A program made the translations under genes and the position numbers. Below, in pieces: positions 1 to 13,024 of a stretch of 64,000 bases of DNA. The notes beneath the pieces were generated by a model. That model was not told the DNA's origin and ran no database searches. It was given only the letters and a program-made list of their open reading frames with translations. How positions within the stretch are numbered: the stretch's first letter is position 1; the number at the start of each line of letters is the position of its first letter. Origin of the DNA: Glaucostegus cemiculus (Eukaryota); NCBI GenBank assembly GCA_976551045.1, contig CDPCPM010000021.1, forward strand, positions 1,054,001 to 1,118,000, read 5' to 3'.

Positions 1-2524
1 CATAGCTCAAAGGACTTAAAACTCTCCAGACAGTGGTGAGATTTATGGTATGTCACATCATTGTCACTTTCTACATGTCATGCATTTAAAATGGATTGCA
101 TGTGTTATGAATATATTGTAATAGGTCATGTGTGTGACCCTAATTTTGATTCTGTAGTGAGTGCAATTGGTTGTTTATGTGGCATTCAAGTAATTCTGGA
201 GCTTCACCCAGTACTGTAAGTACTTGTGTACAGAAGCACTTTCAAAGTTTTAAAGCATAACTAATTACTTCAGCATAGGTTTTCTGTTAACTATTCTATA
301 CTAAAGTGAATAGATGTTGATGTGCCATTGGTTTCAAAAGATGAAATACACCTTTAGTTAAAATTCTATTATTATTGCATAATAAGTGACCCAATGCTAA
401 AATTTGCTGATGAACTATAGAACAAATAGATATAGATTAATGTTAGTTGATAAGATATTAACAAAGTAAACCAGTTTCTGGTAGAATTTGAGGGAAAAAT
501 GGACAATATTTCATTCCAGCTTATTCTAACAATCTCCTGATGCCTTTGCTTACACATTCTTTATTCACTAAAAGAATGGAGATAAAAATGAAAAATTGAA
601 TTAAGATAGGATTAGCATTAATGATTGAATGTGTTTCTTTATGAAGACTGTCACTTCCATCTTATTCATCAGCAAGATACTAACATTCCCTCAAACAGTT
701 AAATTACTTCAAATGGGAAGCCAGAATTTTTGCCTTTAATTTCTGGGATCCTGCTCACTCACAGATTACTTATTGTGTGAAGAACTCTGTGATTTCAATC
801 CTAAGAATATATTTTATCATTCTAAAATATATATCCTATTTTTTTGTTGCACAATTTAATGTATTAGTAATATTTAATGTTAGGTTTCTCTTTAGTTGTT
901 AGAGCTTGAAAGCTGCTAAACGATGATTTTTCAGCCACCTTTGCTTAGCTGAAAAGCTGAACAGTCCAACTTTGGTTTGTCGTAGTAATTAAGTATGCAG
1001 CGAGCATTCAAATTGTATTGCCTGTCTGATCAGCATGTCTGAACCAATAGGCTGGTTGGGCTTCAGCAGCCTGTCACCAGCGAGTGTTGGATAGACTATT
1101 TTCTGAACACGAACCATATTAAGCCCTGGTGCAGCTTAGAATTTCTTTTCTGTGCATTTTCCACCCCATGAATATTATTTGCTTCTTGGTGACAAAAGTG
1201 TGGTCTCACCAGAGCACTGTCGTTCTAAACTAGAAAGTTGCAAGGCTTGATTGCCAGTCTCTGTTATATTAGCTGCTGTGAACCAGGGAGTCAGAAATGG
1301 TACCTTGCCATCCCAGCCTGGAAAGGGAAAATTAAGATTGCTGCTTAAACTGTGTGTAGATTCAGTGAAAATAGGGACAAGTTGCCAGAGGTGCAATCCC
1401 ACGCTGGTAAAAAAAAAAGTCTGTTTACAGTATTTGACTAATGTCTTTTTGAGTGAGGTCCCATTACCTGGTGCTCAGGAAAACTATCCCTTAAGGGAAC
1501 CCGGCTTTTAGAGAGGTGGAATGTGGAGAATGAGGTTTGTGTGCAGGAATTTAAAGTTGCTGGTTTCTGAAGGGACACACATGGGGCCCTCAGCACTGTG
1601 GACATTAGCTTGCATTGCACAATTTGTTCCAATGATGGTGGCTGCAGTGGAGATGAGGTGAACCTCTTGCCCCAACTTGTGTACACCCCTGCAAGGATGA
1701 GTAACTCAAAGTGAAAAATGTTGTCCGCTAAGCTTTAGGAATGCAACAACTAAAACTTCTGGAAATCTGAATCAGGATGATAGGTTAATGCTTAAGTGAG
1801 GAGCCAAAAGACGACTTCACCTTTCTCTTTCAGAAACTGATTACCCTGTTCTACATTCCAGCCACCTTCGCTTTCAATTTGAGATTCCCAGTATTTGCTG
1901 CTATTTTTGAAAAACTTCAACTAAATATTTTGGAACCAGTAATAAAGTAAGCTGCTGGTATACTTACATTTAGACTAAAGTTTTGTTTTAACTTTAATAG
2001 ATAACAATGGAAATTGTTAGAAATATTTAAGATATCAATTGAGAAAGTTGCAAACACCCAGTTTAGGTGACAAAGGCAGCTGTTGATCAGGGCAATGGGG
2101 TTGTGAGACTCTGGTAACTAATTATGAAAGAGCTAAACGATGAAGCAAGTAAGAAGAAATATTCAATAACCTGTTAGAACAAATAATAGTCTAGTATAGA
2201 ATCTACATGTAGCAGTTGTGAATTGTTTTGCTTGCATGCTTTTGATATGTTAAACATGACAGCACCAGTCCAGTTTATCATATAACTAAGTAATTGGATT
2301 GGTGGGGCGAGGGTGTTTGGGGAGCAGCCGGGGTGGCGGTGCCTCTGTTTGTGTGTAACCTGAAAACAGTTCCTTTAATGGACAATGTGGAATGAGGTCA
2401 GTGTACGTTATTTACTATTGACTGTGAACAGTAATAGTTAATATTCATTTTATTTCTGTGATAAAACCCACAACAAAGTAACGCACATAAAAATAACATG
2501 GCAAGGGGTCTTGGACTCAACAAG

Positions 2525-4806
2525 CGATATGCCGTGCATATCATTATTTATTGAAATACTGAAAAATTCCATCAGTGTAAAGAAACTCTTGGCAAGAAAT
2601 GACATGACAGTACGTCATTCCACGTATTATATAGTACATTTAGAGTAATGAACCAAGTATCTGCACACTGAGTAGGAGTTGAATGGTCTGAAATCCAAGG
2701 CAGCTGCAGAACATCAGCAATACATAAGAAAGTACTGACTAGACAGAATGTCTGTTCACACAAAATAGCACAATAATAAAACAGTAAAAGCTTAACATTA
2801 TTTTGTGTTCTCTGCATCCTTTTATATTTACTACCAGGGCTTGCCAGATAAATCATTTGCCACAGCCTATTTCATTAACGTACAGTTTTGGGCAGCGTGA
2901 GAGGAACCTTCCGTTGGCCTGGCAGTGTCCTTGAAATCCCAAGGTAGAACTGTTCTGATTGAATTCTGGGCAATGCACCCATTTAATACTCTCTAAAATA
3001 ATTGTAAACAACACAACAGAGAAGTAGCTTCACAATGTTCTGTAAGACATCAGTAAAGGGATTTTCTAAAACCTGAAGCAGTCAGCTAAGAGTATAGAGA
3101 GGAGCCAGAAGTCTACCTCTCTATTTATGTAGCAGATAAAGCTAGTTCAGTGCTTATGTCCATTGAAGTAAGTATCACGGTTTTACATTCTGCACTGCAG
3201 TGAGACCACGGAATACAGAAAACATAAGCTAACTACAGTCTTTGGTATAGAACATATAGTTTACAAGACAATTTATTACTTAATGCAAGATTTCAACTTT
3301 AAAGCTTTCTGCTTAGCTAAAGATGAAGCCATAGTTCACATCATTTGCAACAGATTTATCTTTTTTACATTATCAGATTCGTACTATATATATAATATAT
3401 ATTTAAATGAACTGCTTGATTCTTTAAGATATATGTTTGTCCCTGAACTGGCTGTAGCTGCAAATTTTTGAAAGGTGCTACAGTGAACAAATGCAGTTAT
3501 TTGGCTTTGTCATTCTTGCTCTCTTCCACAGAGATGAAACAATGGAGAAATAAATTAGTAACATAATTCTCTACAGCTTAAACTATGATGTACAATATAA
3601 ACGGCACTATTCCAATAACAAAGCCAACATTCTGAAAAAAATTTAATTGTTTATACAATTCTACAAATGATCATTGTGGCCAAAGATCTATCTGTTCAAA
3701 TTAAAGTCTTAGTGAGATTCCCTTTTTGATTTTAGTGTCTCACGACATACAAATTAAGTACTGGTAAAAAAGTTACCAATCAAACATAATTAAGGAAATC
3801 ATTGCTTTGCAATTCATGTCATCACAGTTCTTTCCCACAGGAGCTAGTAAATGTAAACACCTTTGTTTGCTGAATTTACAGTATTAATACTTCAATGATA
3901 TTCTTTCGCATATTCAGATTCACAGAAATAAGGCAATGCTCTACTTAACTGTGACATCACAAATTTAATACTACTATGCTAAGTATTAAGAGTTGTGAAT
4001 GTGAGATGAGCTTTTGAAATCCCAGATCAGTTTATAGTTTGCTTTTCCTTCTCCCTTTATTGTTCTGCAGCAGGCTTTGGTCTTCAAATAACGTACACGC
4101 TTTGGCAAAAAAAAAACCTCATGGGTACGTAAGGGGGTTGTCAAACTAATTACTTGACAGATGGTTCCTTGCAGCCTTTGCAGGCCTCACACATTGATGG
4201 GCTCTTGTGATCCGAGTGAACAAATGGAGAATGAAGCCATTCTACAGGCAAGCCTTCAGATCCCCTATCAGGTACCACACCGACAATCACTGGGGACATT
4301 GCTTTGGGGAAGAGGAGGGATCAAGTAGGTTATGACAGCTCATTACTAATACCAGGTTTGCTTCCTATCCCACATGCTTTGAAATCTAAGGGTTTCTTAG
4401 TGCACATGAGGCCCCAATTGTATTGCCATTAGTGCACAAACCCCAAGCTTATTCTTAAATTTCCCAGAATTAATGGTCTATCTAAAGAAATTGGAAATGA
4501 TTGTGAGATATTAATTTGATCAGTTTGACAAAGTGAACTTCATATGAGTAAGCGCTTCCTTCGAGGCCTCACAGAGGTTTCTTTTGGGGATGGGGGATGT
4601 GCAGTAGAGGTGTGCTGGGTTCACAGTTATCAGATTCCATGGCAATACCCTGATACATCACTTGGCTAATGATGAACAGATCTCATTATACTGTCCCCTT
4701 TCCATTTAGTGCACTGAAATGTTTCTTGTTTTTCTCTTTTAAAATTAATGTTGCTTGGTGCAGCTTGGAATTTCTGCACAAGACACGAAGGCCCCGGGGA
4801 TGTAGT
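2525..4806 (-). other. nr5a2: Probable nr5a2 3' UTR (about 2.3 kb)
   Basis: AU-rich stretch with no recognisable repeats between the stop codon and an AATAAA at 2547-2552. The cleavage site is inferred about 20 nt downstream. Confidence 0.65.
2547..2552 (-). terminator. Polyadenylation signal AATAAA
   Basis: tttatt on the + strand, followed on the minus strand by U/GU-rich downstream sequence (ttatttttatgtgcgttactttgttgtgggtttt, about 2463-2496). Confidence 0.6.
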
Positions 4807-5054
4807 CTAGGCTCGCTTGGCATGCAGCATTTCAATGAGAAGGTTGTTGCAGGGCACATCTCCATTCAGGTGCTTGTAGTAGAGGTATTCTTCGGCCTGC
4901 ATGCTGATGGCCCGGATTTCAGGTAATCGCAGGAGAAGCTGTCCAAACTTGTCCGTTTGCTGAGGATAGTTACATATCGTATAGTCTAGCAGTGCAGCAT
5001 TAACTTGTTCCTGTACACTTTCAACCAGGTGGTAGTTCTCCAGGTTTTTTACAT
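4807..5054 (-). CDS. nr5a2: NR5A2 terminal coding exon (248 bp including TAG), LBD C-terminus and AF-2 helix
   Basis: Acceptor ...tttctttcag|AT completes the split Asp codon (G|AT). Translates (D)[81 protein letters not shown]. The LHAKRA terminus is NR5A2-type rather than NR5A1-type. Confidence 0.98.
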
Positions 5055-7390
5055 CTGAAAGAAACATTGGAACTATGATTAATAAGAGGCCAGAGCAATG
5101 GTCAGAGATGAATGAAGAGGGATTTGGTGGGGGGTGGGGGTAAAGAGGGTGTGGTGGTGATGCTATGCATGAAGTACTTAATTGGTAACTTGTAGTTATA
5201 GCCTGTTCTAAAAGATAGAATGTGAAGTCATCAGTAAAAAAAAAATCTTCAACTCCCAATTGAAATGAAGAAGATACAAATGAAATTATCCATGTTAATT
5301 AAAAGTAGAAAGTGCAGCAGGTCCACCCACAGGTGAGAGCCAAAGTTATTTAAATACTTCACTTAATAATTAGGACCCAATTAGATTAAAGTCTTTTTCA
5401 CTTTCAAGAAGTTACAGCTTGCAAGTTTGTTGAGAAGATAGTGCTGTTGTCTTTCCTCCACGTGTTTAAGAGAAAGAGCAAACTGAGCTAAGGAACGTTA
5501 AGGTGCATTCAGTGTGACTTGTAATTACATTACTCTGCTAGATTAATGTGTTTGAAGCATGAGAAACCATGTTGGGAAATATTATGACTGCTGCAAGATA
5601 GAGAACCAGTCCCTTTTATGCTGGCTATATTTCCAAGATACATGTGAGTTTTATTGTCTGACTAATCTACTGACCTGAGGTTGAATTAATATCCAAACAT
5701 TTTGCCGTAAATTACAGTTAAAACCTGACAATTTTCTTGTTTCAGTCTGACATCTCTAAATGATTCTGAAAGCCTTTGACCTATGCACACACTGCTAATG
5801 AACCATCTGGTACAGTCTGATAGTTTATAAAATAATCTGCAGCACAAGCCTTTGGACTGAGATGCTTTTTGACTAATGAGTTGCAGGTAAATGAACTGCC
5901 TGTCCTTCACAAGGGATACTACATTGGAATACCCTTTGACCTTATGCCAACATTAAAAAGCACATTTGAAATTTCCCAGTTTCTAATGGCTGCTAAAGTG
6001 CTCCTAATTCTCACTGGCTTCTCATGGGTAAAAGGGCAGTATGAAAGGGATTGTACATTAAAATGGTCTGTTTCACCTCAGTATATTGCCTGTGCTCAGT
6101 GACAATCAAAGTAATCTTAAGCTTTCATAATCTCTATTGTAAATGTTCTGCTATGCTGTAATTACTGATTTTTAAAAAATGCCATTAAGTATCAAGTACA
6201 TTGTATGCAGGGTCCCTGAGGAATGCTTTTCCTTGCTACTTTTTAAGTGAAAGAGACTCCTTTATTGAAATCTAGACTATAGCAGATAATTCTACAAAGA
6301 CATTTCTGGGATGCAGTTTTCTCTCGGCTTGTGGTCCACTTTCGAACTTTGATAATATTCAAGGATTGGTCACTGATTTTACCATCAATCAAATGAAGGG
6401 GGGAAAAAAAACTTAAATCAATACCAGTCATTATTTGCTCCATGGGTTATAACTATATTCCAAGGCTCCATTGTGTTGGGAGCTCATCATCAACCACCCC
6501 CAACCTCTCTCTAATTTTTGTTACATAAGATTCAATTTTAGTCTTGCAGTGCTAGGTAACTTTATGAATTGACTTGATTATGATTGGTTCAGCTGTATGA
6601 GTGACTCTATTCATTTAAGCACAATCTGTGTGGAAATATTCCAAGATATTCATTACATACTTTCTGTTCAAAGTAGAAGGAAGACTGCATAAAATAATGA
6701 GGTAAGTAAAACCAAAGGCCTGGAGAAGAGTTTTCAAAGCAAAATTAGGGATGTGAATTATTATTAATCATAGCCAGTGGGGAAGCATTGTTTCTCCTGG
6801 ATCACTGTGCTGTAATATCCTCTATAATCCAGTAAATATTATTCACTTAGGGATTAATTAACATTTCCTTGTAAAACCCAGCCCCTCTAAACTATTGTGT
6901 TGTCTATCCACGCAAGTTAATAGTGCAGGCAGACTATTAATGTTGCTGAAACTGTTGTTCAACACAAATGCCAGCAAGCTATTATATTATCTGTTTGCCA
7001 GTTTTATCGGGTGGTATTTGGATCTTTGAACTGCTCCATGCTAGTGGTAGAATTTTTACATGTGACACCACAAAAACCACACAAAATAATTTCTATATCT
7101 AACAAATGCAAATTGTTCTTTTGAGCATTCAAACCACACAGCAATATAACAGTGAGCAAATCATTTCTAAAACATTTCTCTGTTGACTTTTGTATATCAT
7201 CATTCTTACATGTTACTTGATGACATAAGAGTCTTCGTGCCAGTCTTTATTCTGTGAAAATGCTTTTTGTTTTATTTTCCTTTTAAAGGTTGTAAGAGTG
7301 GGAGGATTGCAAATACTATAGTTTATGGGAGCACTGCTGACCCTCTGATAATCTGGGACAGTTGCCATTCTTCTTGTTGGAGCCCCTTGA

Positions 7391-8236
7391 TAAGATCACA
7401 AGATATTGGAGCAGAAGCAGGCCACTCGGCCCATCGAGTCTGCTCCAAAGGGAAGGGAGGGTGGGGAAAAAAAGAGGATGAAAAAGAATGAGTCCTCGAA
7501 ATAAATGCCAACATAGCATTCGCTTTCCTTACTGCCGATCCAACCTGGTGGTTAACCTTTAGGTTATCCTGTACGAGCACCCCTAAGTCCCTTTGTACTT
7601 CTGTACTTCCAATTTTATCTCCTTCTAGATAATAGTCTGCCCGTTTATTTCTACTTCCGAAGTGTACAACTGCACATTTTTCCATGTTGAACCTCATCTG
7701 CCATTTCCTCACCCATTCTCCTGGACTATCCAAGTCTCTCTGTAACTTTCCTGTCTCTTCACTACTCTCCACTCCTCCCCCAATCTTAGTGTCATCCGCA
7801 AACTTAGCCACAAACCCATTAACTCCTTCATCTAAATCATTAATATACAAGGTAAAAAGAAGGGGCCCCAACACCGACCCCTGCGGAACACCACTAGTAA
7901 CCGGCAGCCAACCAGAACAGGAACCTTTTATTCCTACCCTCTGCTTCCTGCCATCCAGCCAACGCTCCACCCATTCTGTTATCCTGCCTGTTATTCTGTG
8001 ATCTCTCATCTTACTAATTAGTCTTTGGTGCGGCACCTTGTCGAATGCCTTCTGAAAGTCTAAATACACTACATCTATGGCCTCTCCCTTGTCCACCCTG
8101 CCTGAGATTTCTTCAAAAAACTCCAATAAGTTGGTCAGGCAGGATCTTCCCTTCACGAACCCATGTTGACTAGGACCTATCTTGCCTTGCACCTCCAGGT
8201 ATTCCATCACCTCGTCCTTGAGGATCGATTCTAGCA
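7391..8236 (-). mobile_element. Young CR1 LINE fragment: ORF2 reverse-transcriptase core plus 3' terminus, internally deleted
   Basis: Stop-free RT motifs QHGFVKGRSC, YLDFQKAFDKV, SGVPQGSVLGP and KFADD at about 7494-8236. CR1 3' end (ggagcagactcgatgggccgagtggcctgcttctgctcc...) at 7391-7446. Confidence 0.93.
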
Positions 8237-9099
8237 GCAGGATTTTCTAACTATATGGCTACTTGGTGAGGAAAAGGTTCGATTATTCTTTCAGGCTTGT
8301 TCCACTCATAACTTGCTTGTGAGTTTGATCTTGTAACATGTCCTCAAATTATTCCACTATTTCAGGCACTACTTAATAATGTCTTAAACTTCCGTGTACG
8401 CTGTCATCGATGCTGCTTTCCTAAAATATTCTCAGTATTTGAGTGATCACCAGTGAAGTTTGTATTTTTGCCCTCTAGCTCCATTTTACAGACTCTTCGT
8501 TTATTCTAACACTATCCATTTTTTTTCCTCTAGTGAATCTTCTTTATTTTCTCCAACCTCCCCCCATCCACCAAATGTCTCAAATCAACCTAGTTACTTG
8601 AAAACTTTTCTAAAATAGTTGCGTGTTTTTTGAATGGGGTAGCTTGATTTATACTTTAGATTTTAGCTACTGGTAGTTTCAGTGCATTCTCATTTCAACT
8701 TGTAATTTGATGCTCCCCATGTGCACCACAATGCTTGACATGTTTTATTGATAACTTCTTCACAAAGATCAGAGTAATGTTAATGATCACTAGAAAACCT
8801 TTCAGTTTTTAGTTTTGTCAGTGAAGATTTATGGTTTTGATTTTGTTTGATATTTTCTTTTGGGTGGACCTACCACTCCTTGAATCACCCTGCAGCGTGA
8901 TTATATCTCCCAGGATTGGGTTTCCCTCACTTCCACAATCTACTGATTTAATACAAAATAGGATCCTTACATATTAACGATTACCTGTTCATTTATGCAT
9001 TATCCTCTATTCAAGACTGCATTAAGAATCTTCTGCCATATCCCAGCCCATCTGCATAATTGATTATCTTTAGATAGACTGGGGCCAATTTACTTTCAA

Positions 9100-9360
9100 C
9101 TCATTATCTGCCCACAGAGCTTCACCTCGTCAGCAATTTTAATAGTACCACTATTCTGTAATATTCATAAGTATTGTGAGCAGCAGAGGTCCTGGAATTT
9201 ACAGCATCATTTTCCAACTATCACTACCTTATGCCTATTGTTACACTTGTTTTTGAACTGGGCAAATCTCATCTGTCTTACAAAGCCCAACCTTCCCAAT
9301 TAATGCCATGGTGGAAGTTTGTTGAATATCATTTGGAAATCCATGTAAACTTCTTCAATT
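9100..9360 (-). mobile_element. Old degraded CR1 RT fragment
   Basis: Minus strand gtttacatggatttccaaatgatattcaacaaa resembles VYMDFQKAFDK, with many disablements. Confidence 0.5.
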
Positions 9361-9814
9361 ATCCACGGCCATTTCCCAGGCACAGAATTTCATGCCACCT
9401 CCTCCAATATTTGTCCCAATACAAGTACTAGACTTGTAAGTATAGGATCAATGTTTTATTTCTCCTCTATACACAGTTACCCTGGTAATGGCCAATATTT
9501 ATCTGGAAAGCAGCACTGATTACCTCTCAGTTTATTATCTTTACATCTCTGCTTTGTAGCCTTTGGTAAGAATTGTGTGATTTTTTTTTACCTTGCATCT
9601 GCTGCCATTTTTGATGTTTCTTTCAAAACCCTTATATAATGGCTTGAACCTTGTTATTTTTCTCCTTCAAAAAGGAAGTGGTATTTATTTTTCCTGTTTC
9701 AATTCATAAATATTGGCTTTCCATTTAATTCCCCACCCCTCCCCCCCAGCCTCAGCTCATAGCTTTGAAATCTGCATTCCATGGCTCCATACCATCACAG
9801 TGTTAAACATGAAA

Positions 9815-9950
9815 TAAAATGCAGATGCTGGATATCTGAAACAGAACCAGAAAATGCTGGAAACAATCAGGTCTCTGATTTAAAATATTAATTGCGTTTC
9901 ACTTTCCAGAGATGCTGCCTGACCTGCTGAGTGTTTTCCAGCGTTTTCAA
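9815..9950. repeat. Chondrichthyan hairpin-type interspersed repeat (possibly a Penelope-derived terminus)
   Basis: gcagatgctggatatctgaaacagaaccagaaaatgctggaaac ... gatgctgcctgacctgctgagtgttttccagc with self-complementary arms. Related copies elsewhere in the window. Confidence 0.7.
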
Positions 9951-12900
9951 TCTGTACAGTTGCTGCCAATGTAAAGTCAAAAGTTAAGACCTAGACTCTG
10001 CAGCAAGTCCCCAGTGCCCACTGTTCTCCTCTGCATTAGCTCTGCACTAACTCAGTGCAGCTGGCCTAGATGATGGTAGCTCCTGGTCTGGGTCTATACT
10101 CAATCCAGCACTTTGGGAGGGAGAGAGGGAGGGAGGGAAGGAAGAATGGGCAGAGGAGGTGGGGCAGAACACATCCTGTCCCACAAATAATCACCTGCTA
10201 TGGTATGCCCCTGGCTTAGTCAATTGACAAAACATCTATAAAACTTTGACTGTTCCTGTCATTCAGAAACATTCAAAACTTGCAGGTCATTACATGTTAA
10301 TTAGGTAAAGATTAAATTGAAACAAAAACAGTTTGATAAAACAAAATGATTCCAAAAAATATAATCTGACAAAAACTCACCTAGTCCCTTACAGCCTTTT
10401 CTCACCATTCAAATGAATGGAGATACACCAAGCCTGCATCAGGTTTAACCTGGTTTAACAGGCTGCTGCTACATCAAATGGATTTTGTGACTTTGCACTC
10501 TGGCTACACTCTGATGTTGGATTTCAATGGATTCCAGCTGCAGAGACTCCCAGCTGATAGATGCTGGCGAGTTTGGGACTTCTGCGTCCCTCCTGCGCAC
10601 ACAAAAAAATATCCAGAACATATTGTATTGATGCTTTAAAGTGAACAGTTACATGCTAAACTGCTGGTCTTTCCCTCAAAGTTTGGCTGTAATGCCTCCC
10701 AGATTGAACATCAGAGCCAAGGTTGATTCTCATCTTGGTGGGGTCAGTGTATTTGTTAAAGGTGACTGGGTAGTGCTTAGAAGAAATAGCTTTGTCCCTG
10801 TTCCTTCCCCTTATTAGATTGTTAAGGCTAATTGCAGCATTCACATTACCTATCTGGTTGGGATGCTAACTTTGTCCTGTCTGGAATCTGGGATTTATCC
10901 TCACAGTTCACCTCGACTGATAGGAAAGATGCATTGTTACTCAATGAAGCAAATGAAAATGGTCACAGTGCTTCGTTCTTGAATTGGCAATTTCTTATTC
11001 AGAGGAGGTTACCAAAACATTCCTTTTAGTTGTTTAATTGTTTGCCACCACTTGTAACTGGATGTAAGGCGGCTACAGTGGTTTGATCTGATTATTTATC
11101 TCTATCTATAACATGAGTAGTCCTGTTGTAGCTTTACCAGTTTCTTAAAACTCATTTTTAAGCTACCCATTGCTGTTTCTGGCATGCCTTTAGCATTCCT
11201 GATTCAACAGAAAATGATGACAGGAGGGCAAGTGATATTCTGTACCACAAGGATTTAGATTGTGGTGGAATTCCATTCTGTTACCGGCTCATTTCACCCC
11301 AGATATGATCCAGCAGCTCATAAATGAACATCCATCTCATTTAGCAAGGTGGTAGTGACACATGGTATGATGAAATAGAAAGATTAGAGATCATCTCTGC
11401 ATTGATGCTGCAATGGATTGTGACCATCACATATTGATAGAAGTGTCTGTAAGAGGTGGCTAGAGATGGGAAGGTCACGGATGTTTTTTCTTATGTTGGC
11501 TGTCCCTTCACCTGCTATTTCAGTTATACGATATTTTGATTGTTAATGGAATCTTATGCAGTTATTGAATACTTGGTTATAATTCATTTAACTGTGACCA
11601 ATTGAAATTTCTATTGAGCTCAAACATTGGAGAGAATAATGCATTGTGCTGTATGACGATAAACCCCTAGAAATATAATGCACTGTGAGTGAATGTTTAG
11701 TGTTCCTTGGCAAGTTCAATTGTTGTAATTAGTTAACCCTGAATGCAATACTATAAATATTTGTAGAAAGCAATTCCAGTGCTGGATTAATTTCTCAGAT
11801 ATTTTATTGAAGAATGCTTAATTAAATCATCTGCTGCATTGGATTTAACTCTTTGGGCCTGAAGAATGCAATCTTCCAGCAAAGTGTTACCAAGCTATTT
11901 CATTCAGGAAGTTCACTATGGAAATGGAAAATGTAATTGTAAAACTAAGTGGAGCAACAAGTAGAATGTAGTCCTTGAATAGAATAGCAATTAAAGGCTT
12001 GAAGTGCATATGCATTGTTTTACTTCCAATAATAAGTGCTGTGGCTGTGGTGGCCTTGGATTCAGCAAACCATTACCAACCACCATGATGGCTCACTGCC
12101 AACCAAAAGAGATGTAGGGCATGGGGGAGCAGTAAAGAGAGAGAGGGTGATCCATTAAGGCTCTCCATCTCTTTCCTTTCCTATGCCCCTTCTTTACTTT
12201 CCACCCAGTCTTTTTCCTCTTTCTCTCTCTCTCCCACTGCTACATCTCTTTCTACCAGCCCTGCTCCCTACCTATTACTATCTCATTCAGAATATTTGAC
12301 ATCCAAGCTAGAGGCCAGTGGTGGTTGAGTTGAATGGAAAGAATAGGCATTATGCAGTTTAATACAAAATGAAACTGCACACCAGACTGAATTGACCTCT
12401 TATAAATAAAGTGTGTACAGTTTATGGTGACACATAAAATGAGTGGAATACAGAACCATGCTACCTACCTAAACAATATATGTGTGCAATACATTCTTTT
12501 AACCTTTTGTGTATCCAGAATGGAACCAGATACCCCATCCCACAGTATCCATTTTGTTGTAACTTGGCTAGAAAAGAAACTAGCAGCCATCGAAAATCTG
12601 TTCATTTTTTAAAAAATCCTGTAAAGTCATTGATCCTTCTGTTTATCATTGTCATTATTTCCCACCAAAGATTGAACTTTGGACTTGTTGCACAGATAAA
12701 GTTTAATATATGGCATTACTACCAACAAGATTATAGTATTAGCCTGTCCCAAGTCAGAACCTAGAAGTGGTAAATCATGTGTAAGGCAGAACCAAAATCA
12801 CTGAGAATTCCCTAAGGATTCCTTCTGCTTGGCTGTTGTGTTGTAACTTCATTTTAGAGCCCAGAAGTATCCTAAGACAGAGTTTCTGCTGAGATTCCAA

Positions 12901-13024
12901 CCAATGTTAGGGTAACTTAATAGAAGGTCCCCCTAGGAAATTCTGGATTAATGTATCACAACATTTTTGACATCTATAGCCATAATAAAAACAAAATCCT
13001 TATAACACTGAATAGAATAATACT

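Noticed and set aside
5055-5259. N-terminal extension of the 150-aa ORF 4807-5259
   Set aside because: It is intron read-through upstream of a canonical acceptor. NR5A2 similarity starts exactly at the splice site.
8560-8620. Minus-strand FK*LG*FETF resembling the Tigger FKASRGWFERF motif
   Set aside because: A single short motif with two stops and no supporting termini that I could confirm.
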